Origin: Amoeboaphelidium protococcarum X5
Taxonomy: Eukaryota > Fungi > Aphelidiomycota
NCBI GenBank assembly: GCA_023515725.1
Contig: JALDTO010000155.1
Location: 157,091-221,090 of the forward strand
DNA length: 64,000 nt
Direction of reading: 5' to 3'
The notes beneath the pieces are model-generated. The model was given only the letters and a program-made list of their open reading frames with translations. It made no database searches and had not been told where the DNA came from. This document shows, piece by piece, positions 13,858 to 26,823 of the stretch (positions are counted from its first letter, which is position 1; each line of letters opens with the position of its first letter). Both the position numbers and the translations under genes were made by a program.

Positions 13858-15302
13858 ATGTAGAATATGGTGCAGATTGCTCCAAAGTTTGATAAAACGC
13901 GTATTTAATAAATAAACTTGATAAGTGCGTCTATAAAGGAGATTAAAGACGCGTTTACTCCAGTTGCTGTGGATGTCGCTGGTATAGTCACGCCCGTTAA
14001 TAAGGTACAAGTCGTGTTAAAATCGCTGTCTTCAAAGTAGCTGACATTGAATATTAAGGGCGTCTAGTCTGTGCAGGTTTACGATGAATAGAATAAACTG
14101 ATACTGCTCAAAGAGGGAATTAGATCTATACCAAAAGAGGAGTAGTTGGAATCATCACTGTAATGGCTCAGTGACGCGCAGATAGAAAATTCACCATTAA
14201 AGTTTGATTTTGAGCATTTCAACGCTCAGGATTTAATTAATTGCTTTGTGTAAACTCACTCTCAAGATGACAGTTTGTAGTTTGGTTGTTCATATGAACA
14301 CGTTGGTCATATTGCTCATCTGAACCTGGGCGACGATTCACCTCTGCATCGATATAGATTTGTTATTGGCGCAATTCTGCTTGAAAAGACTCCTAATGCT
14401 AGTCTGATTGTGAGAAAGGTTGGTAAAATTGAAAGTACATTCAGAACATTTGATATGGAGGTGTTGGCTGCCTCCAATCCAAATGATATTTTCTTTGATT
14501 GTTTGGTGTCTGAAAATAACTGCCGTTCAAGTTTGATTATAGACGCGTATATTGGAACTCTCGTCTGGGCCATGAACACGAGCGATTGACAAAGCTTATT
14601 CATAGCGGCGATAAGTCATCTACAGTGCTTGACGTGTTCTGCGGTGTTGGTCCCTTCTCTATTCCCCTGACTAAGTTGAAGCATCGCGTCTATGCTAATG
14701 ACTTGAACCCAGATTCTATACACTGGCTGAAATAGAATGCAACTTTGAATAAGCTTAAATTTGATGAAGAATTAATTGTTGAAGGTGATTCATAATAGAA
14801 AAGTCCTGAAACCGCTTCAAGTAGTGGGTTGCGAAAGTCTGCATCTTTATTGAGTATCTCTAATGAAGATGGACGACATTTCATGCGGCGATATCTTCCT
14901 AAACTATTAGCTGATGGTAGTAACAATAATGCTATACATATGATTATGAATTTACCAGCTATAGCGATAGAGTTCTTGGATGTTATTGGTGAATTTTACC
15001 GCAATAATGGTCGATAGATGCCTAATGTGACCGTTCATTGTCATTGCTTCACCAAAAATGTTACTAATGCCAGGGAAGATATCATTGGCCGAATGGAGAA
15101 ATCTCTCAGTCTGCCGCGTTCCCTTTTTGACATTTAGCTGCTCCATCATGTTCGAACTGTAGCTCCTAATAAAGATATGTTTTGCGTCTCGTTTAAGCTA
15201 AAGTCTGGCGAAGATGACTGTTCTCAAGTGAAGGTGAAGCGCGTATCTGATGAGTAGTTGGTGGACGATAAAGTAAAAGTTGTAAAACTTGATGAAAACT
15301 GA
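13858..15302 (+). pseudogene. TRM5: tRNA (guanine37-N1)-methyltransferase Trm5 with a 1-nt deletion at about 14526 (pseudogene or sequence error)
   Basis: YEHVGHIAHLNL, IESTFRTFDMEVLA in one frame; FKFDYRRVYWNSRLGHEHERL, DVFCGVGPFSIP, ANDLNP, IMNLP, VRTVAPNKDMFCVSF in the shifted frame. Confidence 0.85.
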
Positions 15303-15364
15303 TCATCGTACTATAGAACTTTAAATTGCATCTAGTATTATATCCAAGTTTCATCAATCATAAT

Positions 15365-17797
15365 TCATAAAAATATCTTCTCGTACTTAGCGATCCATGA
15401 CTCGAGAATGGTGGATGCAATGATGACCGACATTAGTCCACTCTTCTGATTCTAATTCACTCCAGCTCTCTTGAGACTATACTCATTGCAAAATAGACTT
15501 GGGCCAAATATGCGTGCTATAGTGCGTTTATTCATCCGTTTACTTCCTTCCCTGATGTGCACAGACTGATAGGCAATCATGTGCACGAAAAAGCCAACAA
15601 TAAACTTGAGCGTGTTAAACTCTGGAGGAGACGTCACTTGAGGATCATTTAGGAGCGTTTTAACTTTTCTGATCACGGTACTCGAATCTTGCTGTGAAGA
15701 GTGAACAGCATTCAATTGCTATAGCAGTTTCGGTTTGATGACACACAAATGCGTTTTGTGACACCAAAGTCTCAACAACGCTGCAGCATCGGTTGGCTCT
15801 TACAGGTCGCGAACGCTGATTTAACCAGTCTATTCGTAGTGATAGAACCACTTCTCGATGTCGCTTTTATTGCCTTAAACTTTAAAAAGACCATCAACAC
15901 TCAGCCGCTCTTCTTTAATAAGGAAGTTGACGCACACCATAACTAGACGTGGAACATAATCAGTATTAACCCGGAATATTTAACTTGTCCAATTCAGTCT
16001 TGGATCCCTGGTGTCAGGCGGGGAGTTGCTTTTGGCGAGATCAAATAACACAGCTCTATGTTTCTTTGACGTGCTTTCGTTATCCTATGGGAGCATAAAC
16101 TGACTCGATTGATCGCATTGAATAAAATCACCAGATGCTTTCTTGCGCGAAGCCAACAGATTAATCTGCATTTTCCGACGAAGGTCAGAAGATTCTTGAA
16201 CCACTTTACGCTGAGGTGTAGACGTTACAAAATCAGACATTGTGTCATCAGCATCTCTAAAACTCTAAATCTTCTTTTGCTAAATCTCTTATAAAAGTGA
16301 GAGTTCCTCTCTACCTCCGTTATCCCAGCGATTACGCATTGAAACTTATAAGATGGATTTCTTACGACCCGATGGAGCACCAACTTCTGACTAGACTTCC
16401 GTGACAACTAGATTGCTTGCCGTTTAAAAGTCACTCAGTGTATCTGCCGGCTCCTAATTATCATCATCATGATGCAGAAATTTCTCAATTGACAAACAGC
16501 TACGTGGATTCCATACTCTGCCGAAATTACCATCTTCATCTTCGCAGTACCACCATAACCCGTGCTGAGACTTGCTGGAATCGTTCTGACGCGGCACATT
16601 CTGATCATTACCCCACTCCAAAACGTAAAGATAATCACCAATTTAAAACTTCAGCTCGTCTGAATATAGCGCGTCAACGGTGCCAGTTAACTTGCTACTG
16701 ATTTGATGAGGCTTCTTGGCTCTAACAATAGCTAGTCTGGGAGCAGCGATACTATCGGCACAGCTCATCTCATCATCCATCATTTCAGATTCTTGAGGAA
16801 TATCAAGATCAGATGAGCATGGAGTAGGAGATCCATATTATAGAGTAATGTCGAAAGCAGACTCGGGAGTTTTTGCAATGGGACTCGCGGTCGCTTCAAT
16901 AAGTTATTGCAGTAGAATAGACTAACATTAGTGAACAGCTCTCTTATAACCATCCACCATGGTAGACTTGTCCTTCTTCAGACTTTCAACTAGAATAAAA
17001 GCGTACTCTGCAGTCAGAATCAATTCGCCAAAAGGCAGCTTATCATTCGATATCTCATCTACCGTTATACTCAGATCCTTATCAAAGTCATTGAGGATTG
17101 TTTCATGCTGTATTAGCAAATCCTCAATCTAGAGTTTCAATTATTAGGCAGTAAAAAGCTCACCCGACGCAAGTGACAAACTAGATTATGCCAATTCAAC
17201 CAGACTAGGCACGGTCTCTCTTTCGAATTACTTTATCATTTTATGACAGGAATCTATGCGATCCTACAGGGCGGAGGTGACTGTCAATTCAACATTACAA
17301 GCATCCTCAAGAGAATTCCATTTGGCTACAGACTCTCGCGGAGATGTGGCACTAGAGTAGGCCTACTCTGCAAATAGTGTCTACAACTCTTTCCTCTCCA
17401 CTTTAAACCAGGTAGCTATGGACGGAGCACATTGTTATAACTGTGCATAATCTACGTCTTTTAATTTCAGCAAAATTTTCGATCGTCGAGTCAATTCTTC
17501 TTGTTTGAATTCCAACGCGTGATGGATTGTCCGCATTATTGATTTGTACGCAGCATTAGATGCCTTGACATACTCATTCAAAGACTTTAAATCTTTTTTC
17601 AGTAGATCCACGTCTCTCTGTTATAATTGCATTTCTATTTAATCTATTTGATGAGTTATTTATTATTGCTAGAATAAAATCAATCGGATAGAAGTAGTTG
17701 CTCTACTAATTATGTAGCATTCACTCAGCGCCAGCAACAAATCACGTTCCAAATCGACGCGTCTTGGTGATGGCGAGTTTTGATTGGACAATAACAT
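15365..17797 (-). CDS. RhoGAP-domain protein with N-terminal coiled-coil region, about 810 aa
   Basis: C-terminal RhoGAP block (LVMVCVNFL...DGLFKVQG...DAAALLRLW...KRMNKRTIARIFGPSLF); start and stop are in the same frame under table 6. Confidence 0.75.
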
Positions 17798-18437
17798 ATC
17801 TTACAATCGCTTATGTGATGTAGTGTAGCATTAACAATTGATGTAACCACATGCAAATGTAAATTGATGACTTTGATGATATTATGATGCAGGAAACGAA
17901 TTTTAATGAAATTCACGCATTTTTATATTAAACAAAGATCAATTTATTTACAGAGTCTTATTACGAACGTTTACCGGAGTTGAAATATGTATACGGTCGA
18001 GCGCGGGTACTTCATTATCAACTATATTGTACTAACAATGGTTTAACAATATAAGGTGAAGGTTCAAACAAAGAAAGTGTGGCGTATGAGACTCCTCTCG
18101 AGCGATCTGAGTGTGTGTGTGAAAAAGGCTCAAACGCTGAAACACAAACAAAGAAACAAACGCGCGCGATCACTCACACCGAAACACACGGCACGGGGTA
18201 AGTTTTGCAAAATGACGACGAGGAGGCGCCATTTCCTATTTCTCTCTCTCTCTCCTCATTTCATTCATTTTACTTACACACTCGGCAAAGAGTTACTGAA
18301 GTTGAATTAGATCTGGTCGGCACTTTTACCTGTCATCAGATCTGTCATCATCATAGTCTTATTATTACTCCTGCAGTCGATAGATTTTAGAATTAATACA
18401 ATACCTATTAATATAGAGGTGTGTGTACCTATTTGTG

Positions 18438-20741
18438 ATGGAAGACACTACGGCTTTAAAGAATCAGGATGAAAAAATTGTTAGGATGCAGAGAATTATA
18501 GAGAGAGAGTTTGATTATGAGTTGTTGATCCAGAAGAGACATATCAGGTAGATCGAGGCGGAAATTAGTAGAGGTGAATTGATTCTGTAGACCCTTGGTG
18601 AGCTGTTGCGTAAGAGCTGTCGATAATCACCTCATATCAATTCACCGTTACTCATTAAGTAGCATCTTGAATTGGAATATAGTTTCAGAGCTGACTAGGC
18701 ACATGGTATCAATAGTTAGTCTTGTGGTAGAGAAGATGGCCTGTTTCTTCGTAGTCACTCATCATCCTCCAAAGTTGGTAGATCTGCAGTGGGCGAAAGT
18801 TCGTTTACTTTTGATTCATCTTCATTAAGCAGTTTTAATGCCGTGGAAGTAACGCCTAGACCATTGTAGTAATAATAATAATAGTAATACAAGAGAAGAC
18901 CTGGAAGACCGCGGTTACATGCAGTCAAGTCTCGCATCATAAAGCTCAAGTTGCCCAATGTAGTAGCATCATCGTCTGAAGTTATCAGGCCAAAGTTGGT
19001 TATTAAATTGAACAAAAATTCACTGGAGAATCATCATATTTAGCGGTAGAATTCTATTCTCAACGATCTTCATGACCAAGTTAAATCTATTGCCATCGAC
19101 AGCCACTCACAAATTAATGAGGATAACCGGATGGATGTTGATGAAGATCATTAGTCTGATGAACTATCCGTGGTGAGTTCCATTGATGTGTAGTCTGGTG
19201 GAAGTTCTCCTAGAATCACGTCGATCAATATAAGTGGTACTAATCAAGATATAAATGCGATGGATGAAGTGGCTCTGTTCAGTAAATCCAGCATGTACTT
19301 GAATAAAGTGCTATTGTTGGAGTGCACTGCGCGCAAGGTGGATGAAGTGTTTAAACTTTTGATCACATTTACTGAACATGGTTGTACAGACTAGCAATAA
19401 TCTTCTCTCATGGCCATAATATAGTCTATCAGCATCCGATTATTCTGTGATGGCAATTAGAAAGATGTTGTTTATCTCTCAAAATAGCCACTGAAGGTTG
19501 TGGTGGAGACTGCTCAAGATTTCACGGCGCGTACTCGTATTCAGTTCAAGTCGATCGACGGTAAAGAGTGTGGTAAACCTTTTGAATTTATTTAGAATTT
19601 CATGGTGTCTTCTGTAGAGGATTGTGATTAGGAGAAGCTTATCAACTTGGTGCATCAGAGATTTGTCGTTAATTTGTCCAGAGATTTGCATATTCCTTAG
19701 TCTATGATCTATTAAAATGGTGAACAACATCAAGATTTGGTCATCCCGTCTGTAAGTCTTCTCACTCAAATGTCCTCTAGCATTAGTAATCACTCGGAAA
19801 CTGTGCTTAGTAGTGATGCTGCTGAAGATTAGTTTGATGTTAATGTTCCAGTGGCTATTGGATCTTTCTAGAGCAGACGCCAGGTTGATGAGGCTGTTTA
19901 TTGTATATATTGCGGTATCAGATTCACCTCAACTGCTGAGCTAGATGGCTAATCGAGGTGTTTTAGCCACTAGAGCATGTGCAAAATGCGACCTCTTAAC
20001 AAGAAGTGGAAAGTGCGCAATAAACTCATCAGTCTTTCTACTCCACAGCTCATATATTAGACATTTGATGAAGTGCAAAATTACTGTTAGACTGAAGATT
20101 ACGAAGCACCGAACATGAAAGCGTTATACCCTCTTCTGAACAAGTTTTTATCCAATCCGCTGGAGTCTCAGTGCTCTTATCTATTAGATTAGTCAACTCC
20201 TGGTTCATCATAAAGTGGTGGAAATGTAAATTCTGGTCAAGATATATGGAATGTGCTGTCAGAAGCGAGTAATGTATTCCCATTGCAACTTTAGCTCTCA
20301 GGCAAAGATTCTCGCGCCATTGTGGACGGCTATAATTACATGAGACCAGATACATTGACTCTATTCACTTCCGCAGTCAAGATGTTTCTGAAAAAGATGG
20401 TGGATGATGCCGTTCTGCTCATTGAAGAGGAAATTAATGAAGATCCGGATGAGGTCGCACAGACTCTGGATGATGGTGCTGCAGATTAACGTCTAATCAC
20501 TCCTTTCCTGATCTACAGAGTGCTGCTGTGGAAAAAGGATGAAGAGTATGATTTCCTGCTCAATTCATACATGGAAAGTTTCGGTGGCTCTTCTTTCACA
20601 TCTGTTCTTTAGTAATAATAATAATAATCATAATAGTAGTAGCAATCTACTTTACTTGAGCTCTAATCTCGATAAGGTCTACCTAGAGGAAGTTCGTTTG
20701 ACAATATGAAGGACTTGGAAATGGATCATCCTATTCTTTGA
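18438..20741 (+). CDS. YEATS2/Ahc1-like chromatin protein with divergent YEATS-like domain, 767 aa
   Basis: N-terminal coil IIEREFDYELLIQKRHIRQIEAEI typical of YEATS2/Ahc1; central beta-rich segment (KQPLKVVVETAQDFTARTRIQF); C-terminal RLITPFLIY; polyQ written in TAR codons. Confidence 0.55.
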
Positions 20742-21017
20742 CATTGCTGCCTTTTTATGGTAATTGTGAATAGTGATGCGCCGTGACTTAAAAATTGTTA
20801 ATATATTGAATACTTTATACTTGATTATTTACTATTGTTATATTTGTGAGGTATTGATGAGCTTCAATTCTGCACCAAGTGCCACTCACAATGTGCTGGT
20901 ATGAATTCGAATTGCTATTTTTAACTTCTTTGTCCTGCCTAATACATCAACTTAATTTCTTTCAATAATCATAGTAGTATAAGAGAAATACAATCCTTAT
21001 CCGAGATATATAATACA

Positions 21018-22499
21018 ATGGTGATATCGCGCAAGGTAAAAGTGTGGTGCGGATATAGCATGATGTTGCTTCTAGGACAATCTATGTCGTAATCCGTTAC
21101 AACCACCACTTCCTTGTTGCCAACCGGAGAAACTAAAAACATATTGGACGATGTATTTTCTCCTGCCAACACAATAATTATTGCAATCGCTGGGTCTGCA
21201 GTTGGAGCATTGATTATAGGTGTGATCGTATTCTGTCTAATACGAAATCGTAGACGCAGATAGCGTTAATCTTCGTCTGATTTGAAATAATCACCACTGT
21301 AACAATAGAAACGGTTGAAATCAGCTGGTTCATCCTAGTAGAAGTCTAAGTCTAATAAGTAAAGCGCATCCCCGCAAGTAGTCGTTGATAAGAGCGCAAA
21401 TCGTGCCGAGAATGCGACACTGTAGTAATAGACCAAGTAACAAGATGTCGGATTCGAGGGGACCGTGTATGACGCTACTATTGTGCAGACAGTAACTGCT
21501 GGTACAATGTACAATGCTGATGCAGAAGCACCGCTGAATATTCCGGGATTCTTATAGATTGACATCACCAAGGATGTGGATAAATCGTAAGTGATTGCAC
21601 AAGGTGGATTCGGTGAGGTGTACGAAGGTCTCCTGCTGAGTGAGAATATTCGTGCACGATTTCCACGTATTAACCGCATCGCAATAAAGTTAATCAAGCC
21701 GCCGTAGAGCATATCAGAGGAGGAGAATAGAATTGTGTTTGACCAGGAGGTGGCGTTGATGTGGCACTTTGATGGTCATCCTAATTTCATTCAGCTGATT
21801 GGATATTCTCATTAACCTCTAGTCACTGTGACAAAGCTGTATGAATTTGGAAGTCTAGCCAATTTGATATATGGTAAAAAGTCAATTCCCAACATGAAGT
21901 ACAATTTCTATTTAGTGCTTAAGCTCGGTGAAGATATTGCGTCAGCTTTGTTTGAATTGCACACTCGTAAAATTGCTCACAACGACGTGAAGCCGGATAA
22001 CGTGTTGATTGACTTTGATTATCTTCAGTAGCCAGTTGGTGTGATTTGTGATTTCAGTATCTCATCGGTGCACAGTGAAGAATTGCTTGGAGTTAAAGCG
22101 TTCAGAAAATCTCAGTTAGAAGGTGCGTCTATTCATTATTGTCCTCCGGAGCTTTTGATGGAAGTTAGAAATGATCCGTTGGAGAAGGTGGAGAAGATTC
22201 CTCTCGCAGTAGATGTTTACGCATTTGGTCTTCTACTCTTTGAAATGGCAACTCGTAAACATCCTTGGCACAAGATGCCTCAAGGAGAGATTATCAATGC
22301 AGTGTGTGCCGGCAAGAGACCGCATATTCCTGCACAGATAGTAGAAATGGCTGCCAAAAATCCACAGACTAGTTTCATGCTGGAATTGATCTCTCGTTGT
22401 TGGAATCAAGATCCCGCTCAACGTCCTTCTATTGCGGAAATCAAAGGCAAGTTGATGAGTATAAACAATTCATTATAGTCTCGTAAAGGACAAGATTGA
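21018..22499 (+). CDS. receptor-like (TKL-type) protein kinase: probable signal peptide, very short ectodomain, one TM, non-RD kinase, 493 aa
   Basis: TM IIIAIAGSAVGALIIGVIVFCLI followed by RNRRRR; IAQGGFGEVY, IAIK, HNDVKPDN, CDFS, YCPPE, DVYAFG, CWNQDPAQRP. Confidence 0.9.
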
Positions 22500-22713
22500 A
22501 TACTTAATAAACTCACGTGATTAAAATTAGTGTTTTTCGTTATATATAGTATTTCAACACTAGAACGAACTTAACACCGTAAAAGATCCAGCAAATAAAC
22601 GCGTTCAGGAGTAGGCCATCACATTAATGCAATCGACAATCAGAATTTTCCCACGCTCCTAGTTACTAAAAGTAAAACATAGCTAAATAGAATAAGAAGC
22701 TCGATTTAGCGCG

Positions 22714-23388
22714 ATGTATTATCATAAAGTTATCCTCTTTAGTGTACTTCTTTTGGCAATTACTGATAATGTCTAGTCACTGCCAAGGAAGACTTGTGCT
22801 TTGGTTGGATCCATTCTAGATTCAGAGTTTGACGATGATTACTGCAATGATGATCGGCGCTTTAATGAATTTTATGGCATTGAAGAACAGGCAGACGATG
22901 AACTAAATTATAAATGGGGAAATACAGCTTTAAAAGGCGGCAATATTATTGATTCTGCTGATTTGGCGCCTGGATACTCCGATCTTCCCACAAATGAATC
23001 TAATCCTGGGACTCTGAGTGATCCAAGAACCAGCAATAAATAAATCCAAGCAAGTTCGTTTAAACGCGACGCTGCACTTCACTAATACCATGAAACTGTG
23101 CCATCTGTAGAGTAAGATAGAGAAAGTCTGATAAGGCAGCTAGAATTGCTTGAGTAATCCATCAAAGATCTTGAGGATAAGATTCAATTCACAAAAATGC
23201 GTATTAGAGATCGCTGGCACTCCAAAGTATAGTCAATAATCTATCATTAAAAACATAATATTCCGTTCACAAAAGAGTACATGTACGATTCGACTCTACT
23301 AGATGAAGAACTGTAGGAGCTTAAATAAGAATTGGATTATACGCGGTCAAAGCTAAAAGCATTGTCTCTACATAGTCTCCGGAGTTGA
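22714..23388 (+). CDS. secreted hypothetical protein with C-terminal coiled coils, 224 aa
   Basis: Signal peptide MYYHKVILFSVLLLAITDNVQS, acidic N-half, KR dibasic site, heptad-rich C-half. Confidence 0.7.
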
Positions 23389-23696
23389 GCTTCCACTGGC
23401 GGTGCTATTCTATAGGCCTTGAATTCAAAGATGTAACAAGTGAATGAAATACAATTGATAGATTTGAATTCTCCCATCATTGCACAAGATTCAGCACTGC
23501 TTTAATTAAAGACACTTAAATCACGCAGGCAATTTATTTACTTTGTCAAACATTAGAATAGAAGAGCTATTCTTAGCCTATTTTATGATTATGGAATCAG
23601 ATCTGGTCCGGAAATCAAACAATAAAGTCATCGGCCAAGAGTCTAAACGTTTTTGTACACATCTTCAAATAGATAATAAATCCAATTGTGTGAAGA

Positions 23697-26195
23697 ATGT
23701 CAGGATCATAAGTACCGCCTAGTTGTTACGTTGGCCCAAATATCACTGGCATTGTTATTTCGGCCGGCTATGAGTGCAGCGCTGGCTTCTTCTGTCCAAA
23801 CACAACTGAAACAGAGGCGTAATCACTCCCGCAAGTCTGTCCTCCTGATTTTAAATGTTAATTGTTGAGACTCGCCAACACTCCATGTAAGCCATAGGGT
23901 GAGTATGAGCCAATTGTGTGTATGCCTGGCAATTATTGTCCTGATTTTAGTACTATGCTACCGTGTCCATCTGGTTCATTTTGTCTAACCGGTTCAGTTA
24001 AGCCGCTTCAATGTCCTCCTCTGTCCAGTTGCCCCGCTGGTGCCAAGAAGGTATTATTTTATGGTGGATTGATCTTTTGCGTAATCGTGGATGTCGCTCT
24101 GGCTTTCTTGTACTTCTTGCTCATAATGCACCGCCGCAAGCTGTTGAAGATGAACGAAATCTCTTCACAGTTTGATGAAGTTGATCTAAAGACGCCCGAT
24201 GCTGCGCCGGAATCCGCGGAAGTTGTTGAAGACGCCAAAGATACAAAAGCTGATATATCGCCAGAGTTGATAGCTGGTTACTCTAAGGCTTTTGGTAAAC
24301 TATTTAAAGATGACAAGACTGGTCTGCATTTGGATTTTGAGTTTTAAAATCTTGGACTTGTGCTTCCCAATGGTAAATAAATCCTGAATTGTGTCAGTGG
24401 TTAGATCAAGAGTAAGAAGTTGACTGCTATTATGGGCGCGAGTGGAGCGGGTAAGACTACGTTTATGAATGTGCTTATGGGGAAGGTTTAGCGTACGTAT
24501 GGGCAATTGCTCATTAATGGCAAGTAATTGGAGATTCATGAATTCAAGAAAATTGTCGGCTACGTGCCTTAAAATGATATTATGATTCAGGAGATGACTG
24601 TGAGGGAGACTATTAGATATAGTGCTGGAGTGCGATTACCATCTACTTGGTCTAATTCTGAAATTGACCAGTATGTGGATGCTGTGATTGAGACTTTGGG
24701 ATTGAGTCATGTGTAGCATTCTTTCATTGGAGATGAGACTACGCGTGGTATCAGTAATGGTCAGAGGAAGAGAGTTAATATTGGTATGGAGCTGGCCGCT
24801 TCTCCTTTGGCTATTTTCGCTGACGAACCAACATCTGGGCTTGATAGTACTGCCGCGCTAAAGGTCGCTAATCTTCTGAAGAGTATCGCCCAGATTGGTG
24901 TCACTGTTGTCGCTGTGCTTCATCAGCCGAGATACGAAATCTTTCAGTAGTTTGATGAGATTCTCCTCATTGCAGGTGGTGGTAGAACTGTCTACATTGG
25001 TCCATAAGTTGAAGTGGTTGAGTATTTTAAATCCCATGGCTTTGTATTTGACGACAAATAGAATCCTGCCGACGTGTTGATGGATATCATTTCTGGTAAA
25101 GGGGTCAATACAGTGGAAACTCTTACTGTAGATGATTTAGTCGAAAAATGGAAACAGCATGAGATTGCATCCGGGAAGGTAGTGGATGCTGTATAAAATC
25201 AAACTAATGCTCGGCCGTTGAAATCCTTCAAGTTGAAGAACAACTCAGTGTGGCCATGTTTACCCACTGGGTCTTTGGTGCGTAGTAACAGAGGCGTACC
25301 ATCAGAGTCTATGGCGATGTTGGATTAATTATCATCAGTACGTAGTTCTGCGGGATGGTTTTAGTAGGCCTTACTTGCGCACAATCGCTCACTAATTCAG
25401 TTTAGCAGGAAGGTTAGTTCGATGATCTTGGAGATTGGCGTCTGTATACTGGCCGGTGGTCTAATGGGCTTATCCGTAATGGGTGCAGATGGTGAAATGT
25501 TTCGCGGCATCTATGTGAGCCCGTACACTCTTATAAGTCCTGCACCATTAGTTTGGATTATCCCACTGCTTGGACTTTTGGTATCAATGGCTGTCGGTCT
25601 ATCTGGAGCACCGGCTGCCGTAAAGATTTTTGGTGAAGAGAAGGTTGTGTATTGGAGAGAAGCTGCAGCTGGACATTCAAGATCGGCATACTATGTTGGC
25701 AAATCCATAAGTGCCTTGTACCGATTTGCTGTCACTTCGCTGCATTTTACAGCGGTGTTTTATTTTCTGGCCAGTCCATTGAATTCATTTGCCAATATGT
25801 ATGGCATCATTGTAGTTCTGTACTATTGCGTATACGGGTTTAGCGCTATAGTTTCCATGTTGGTTTAGAGAGAGAACGCGTCATTGCTAGCAGTGGTGGC
25901 GTGTCTCTTTGCTGCAGTCTTCAATTACTTTGGTCCAACTAAAGAGAAAGCGGTTTAATGGGGCATCAATTTCATTTGGGAGATATCTTATGCTAAATGG
26001 GCGTCGGAGGCTCTATTTGACGGCGAAGTCTCCAATTTCGGAAATGTCTACCAAGTAGAATTGGCAGCGTCATTGTACGGCTACACTTTGAATCGGTTCA
26101 CATTTGATCTCTGTATGGCCTTGCTGATAGGAAGTGTCTTTCGCGTTATAGCGTATGTGCTGATGATTGTGATGAACAGGGATAAGCAGAAATGA
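23697..26195 (+). CDS. ABCG half-transporter with N-terminal Cys-rich ectodomain and extra TM (Adp1/plant ABCG24-28-like), 832 aa
   Basis: CxxGxYCP repeats, TM, Walker A GASGAGKT, signature GISNGQRKR, Walker B IFADEPTSGLD, LHQPR, C-terminal TM domain. Confidence 0.9.
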
Positions 26196-26287
26196 AAGTA
26201 CATACTGTATGATTCTTCACAAAATTATTTAATTTATTGCAAGAGTATCATTTCTGTTCACGCTATTAAACGAAGAAGCGCGCGTTC

Positions 26288-26575
26288 TCAGTAAACCAGC
26301 TGCTCGGACAATCCATCGTAAACTGGCTCATTCGGATCAACCGGCCATTTACAACCACAGGCTTCAACACAGCTCTGTCCACCGCCAGCAGTCAGACACA
26401 GATCACGGCACTGCTTGAAGCACAACTTGCGGGCCTCCATGCCAGATGATTATACACTCAGAGCGGAACACACTACACAATGTCATAACAAATAATTAAA
26501 TTCATCCAGATGCACTTTGTAACGCGACTTACCGGAAGCAATAATAAGAGCAATAAACAGGATTATAGATTGCAT
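26288..26575 (-). CDS. small secreted cysteine-rich protein, 75 aa; intron 26473-26532
   Basis: MQSIILFIALIIASVCSALSVQSSGMEARKLCFKQCRDLCLTAGGGQSCVEACGCKWPVDPNEPVYDGLSEQLVY; canonical gtaagt...tgtag intron restores the frame. Confidence 0.8.
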
Positions 26576-26823
26576 TTTTATCAATTTAAGTTTTAGATTT
26601 GATTAATATAATCTTTCTATTGACTGTGAGAAAATAAGAAAGAGTGAACGCAAAAGTCGAAGCGGCGACGTACGCCTCGTTAACATTACAAATCATCTAC
26701 ATGCGCGACTGGGATAACTCATCATCATCATGGTTCGCAATCCTTGGTAGACATTGTAAAAAATGTGAAGGAGAAAGAGACCTAATCATCCTAAAACTTT
26801 ATTCTCATTTATAAATAAAAGAA

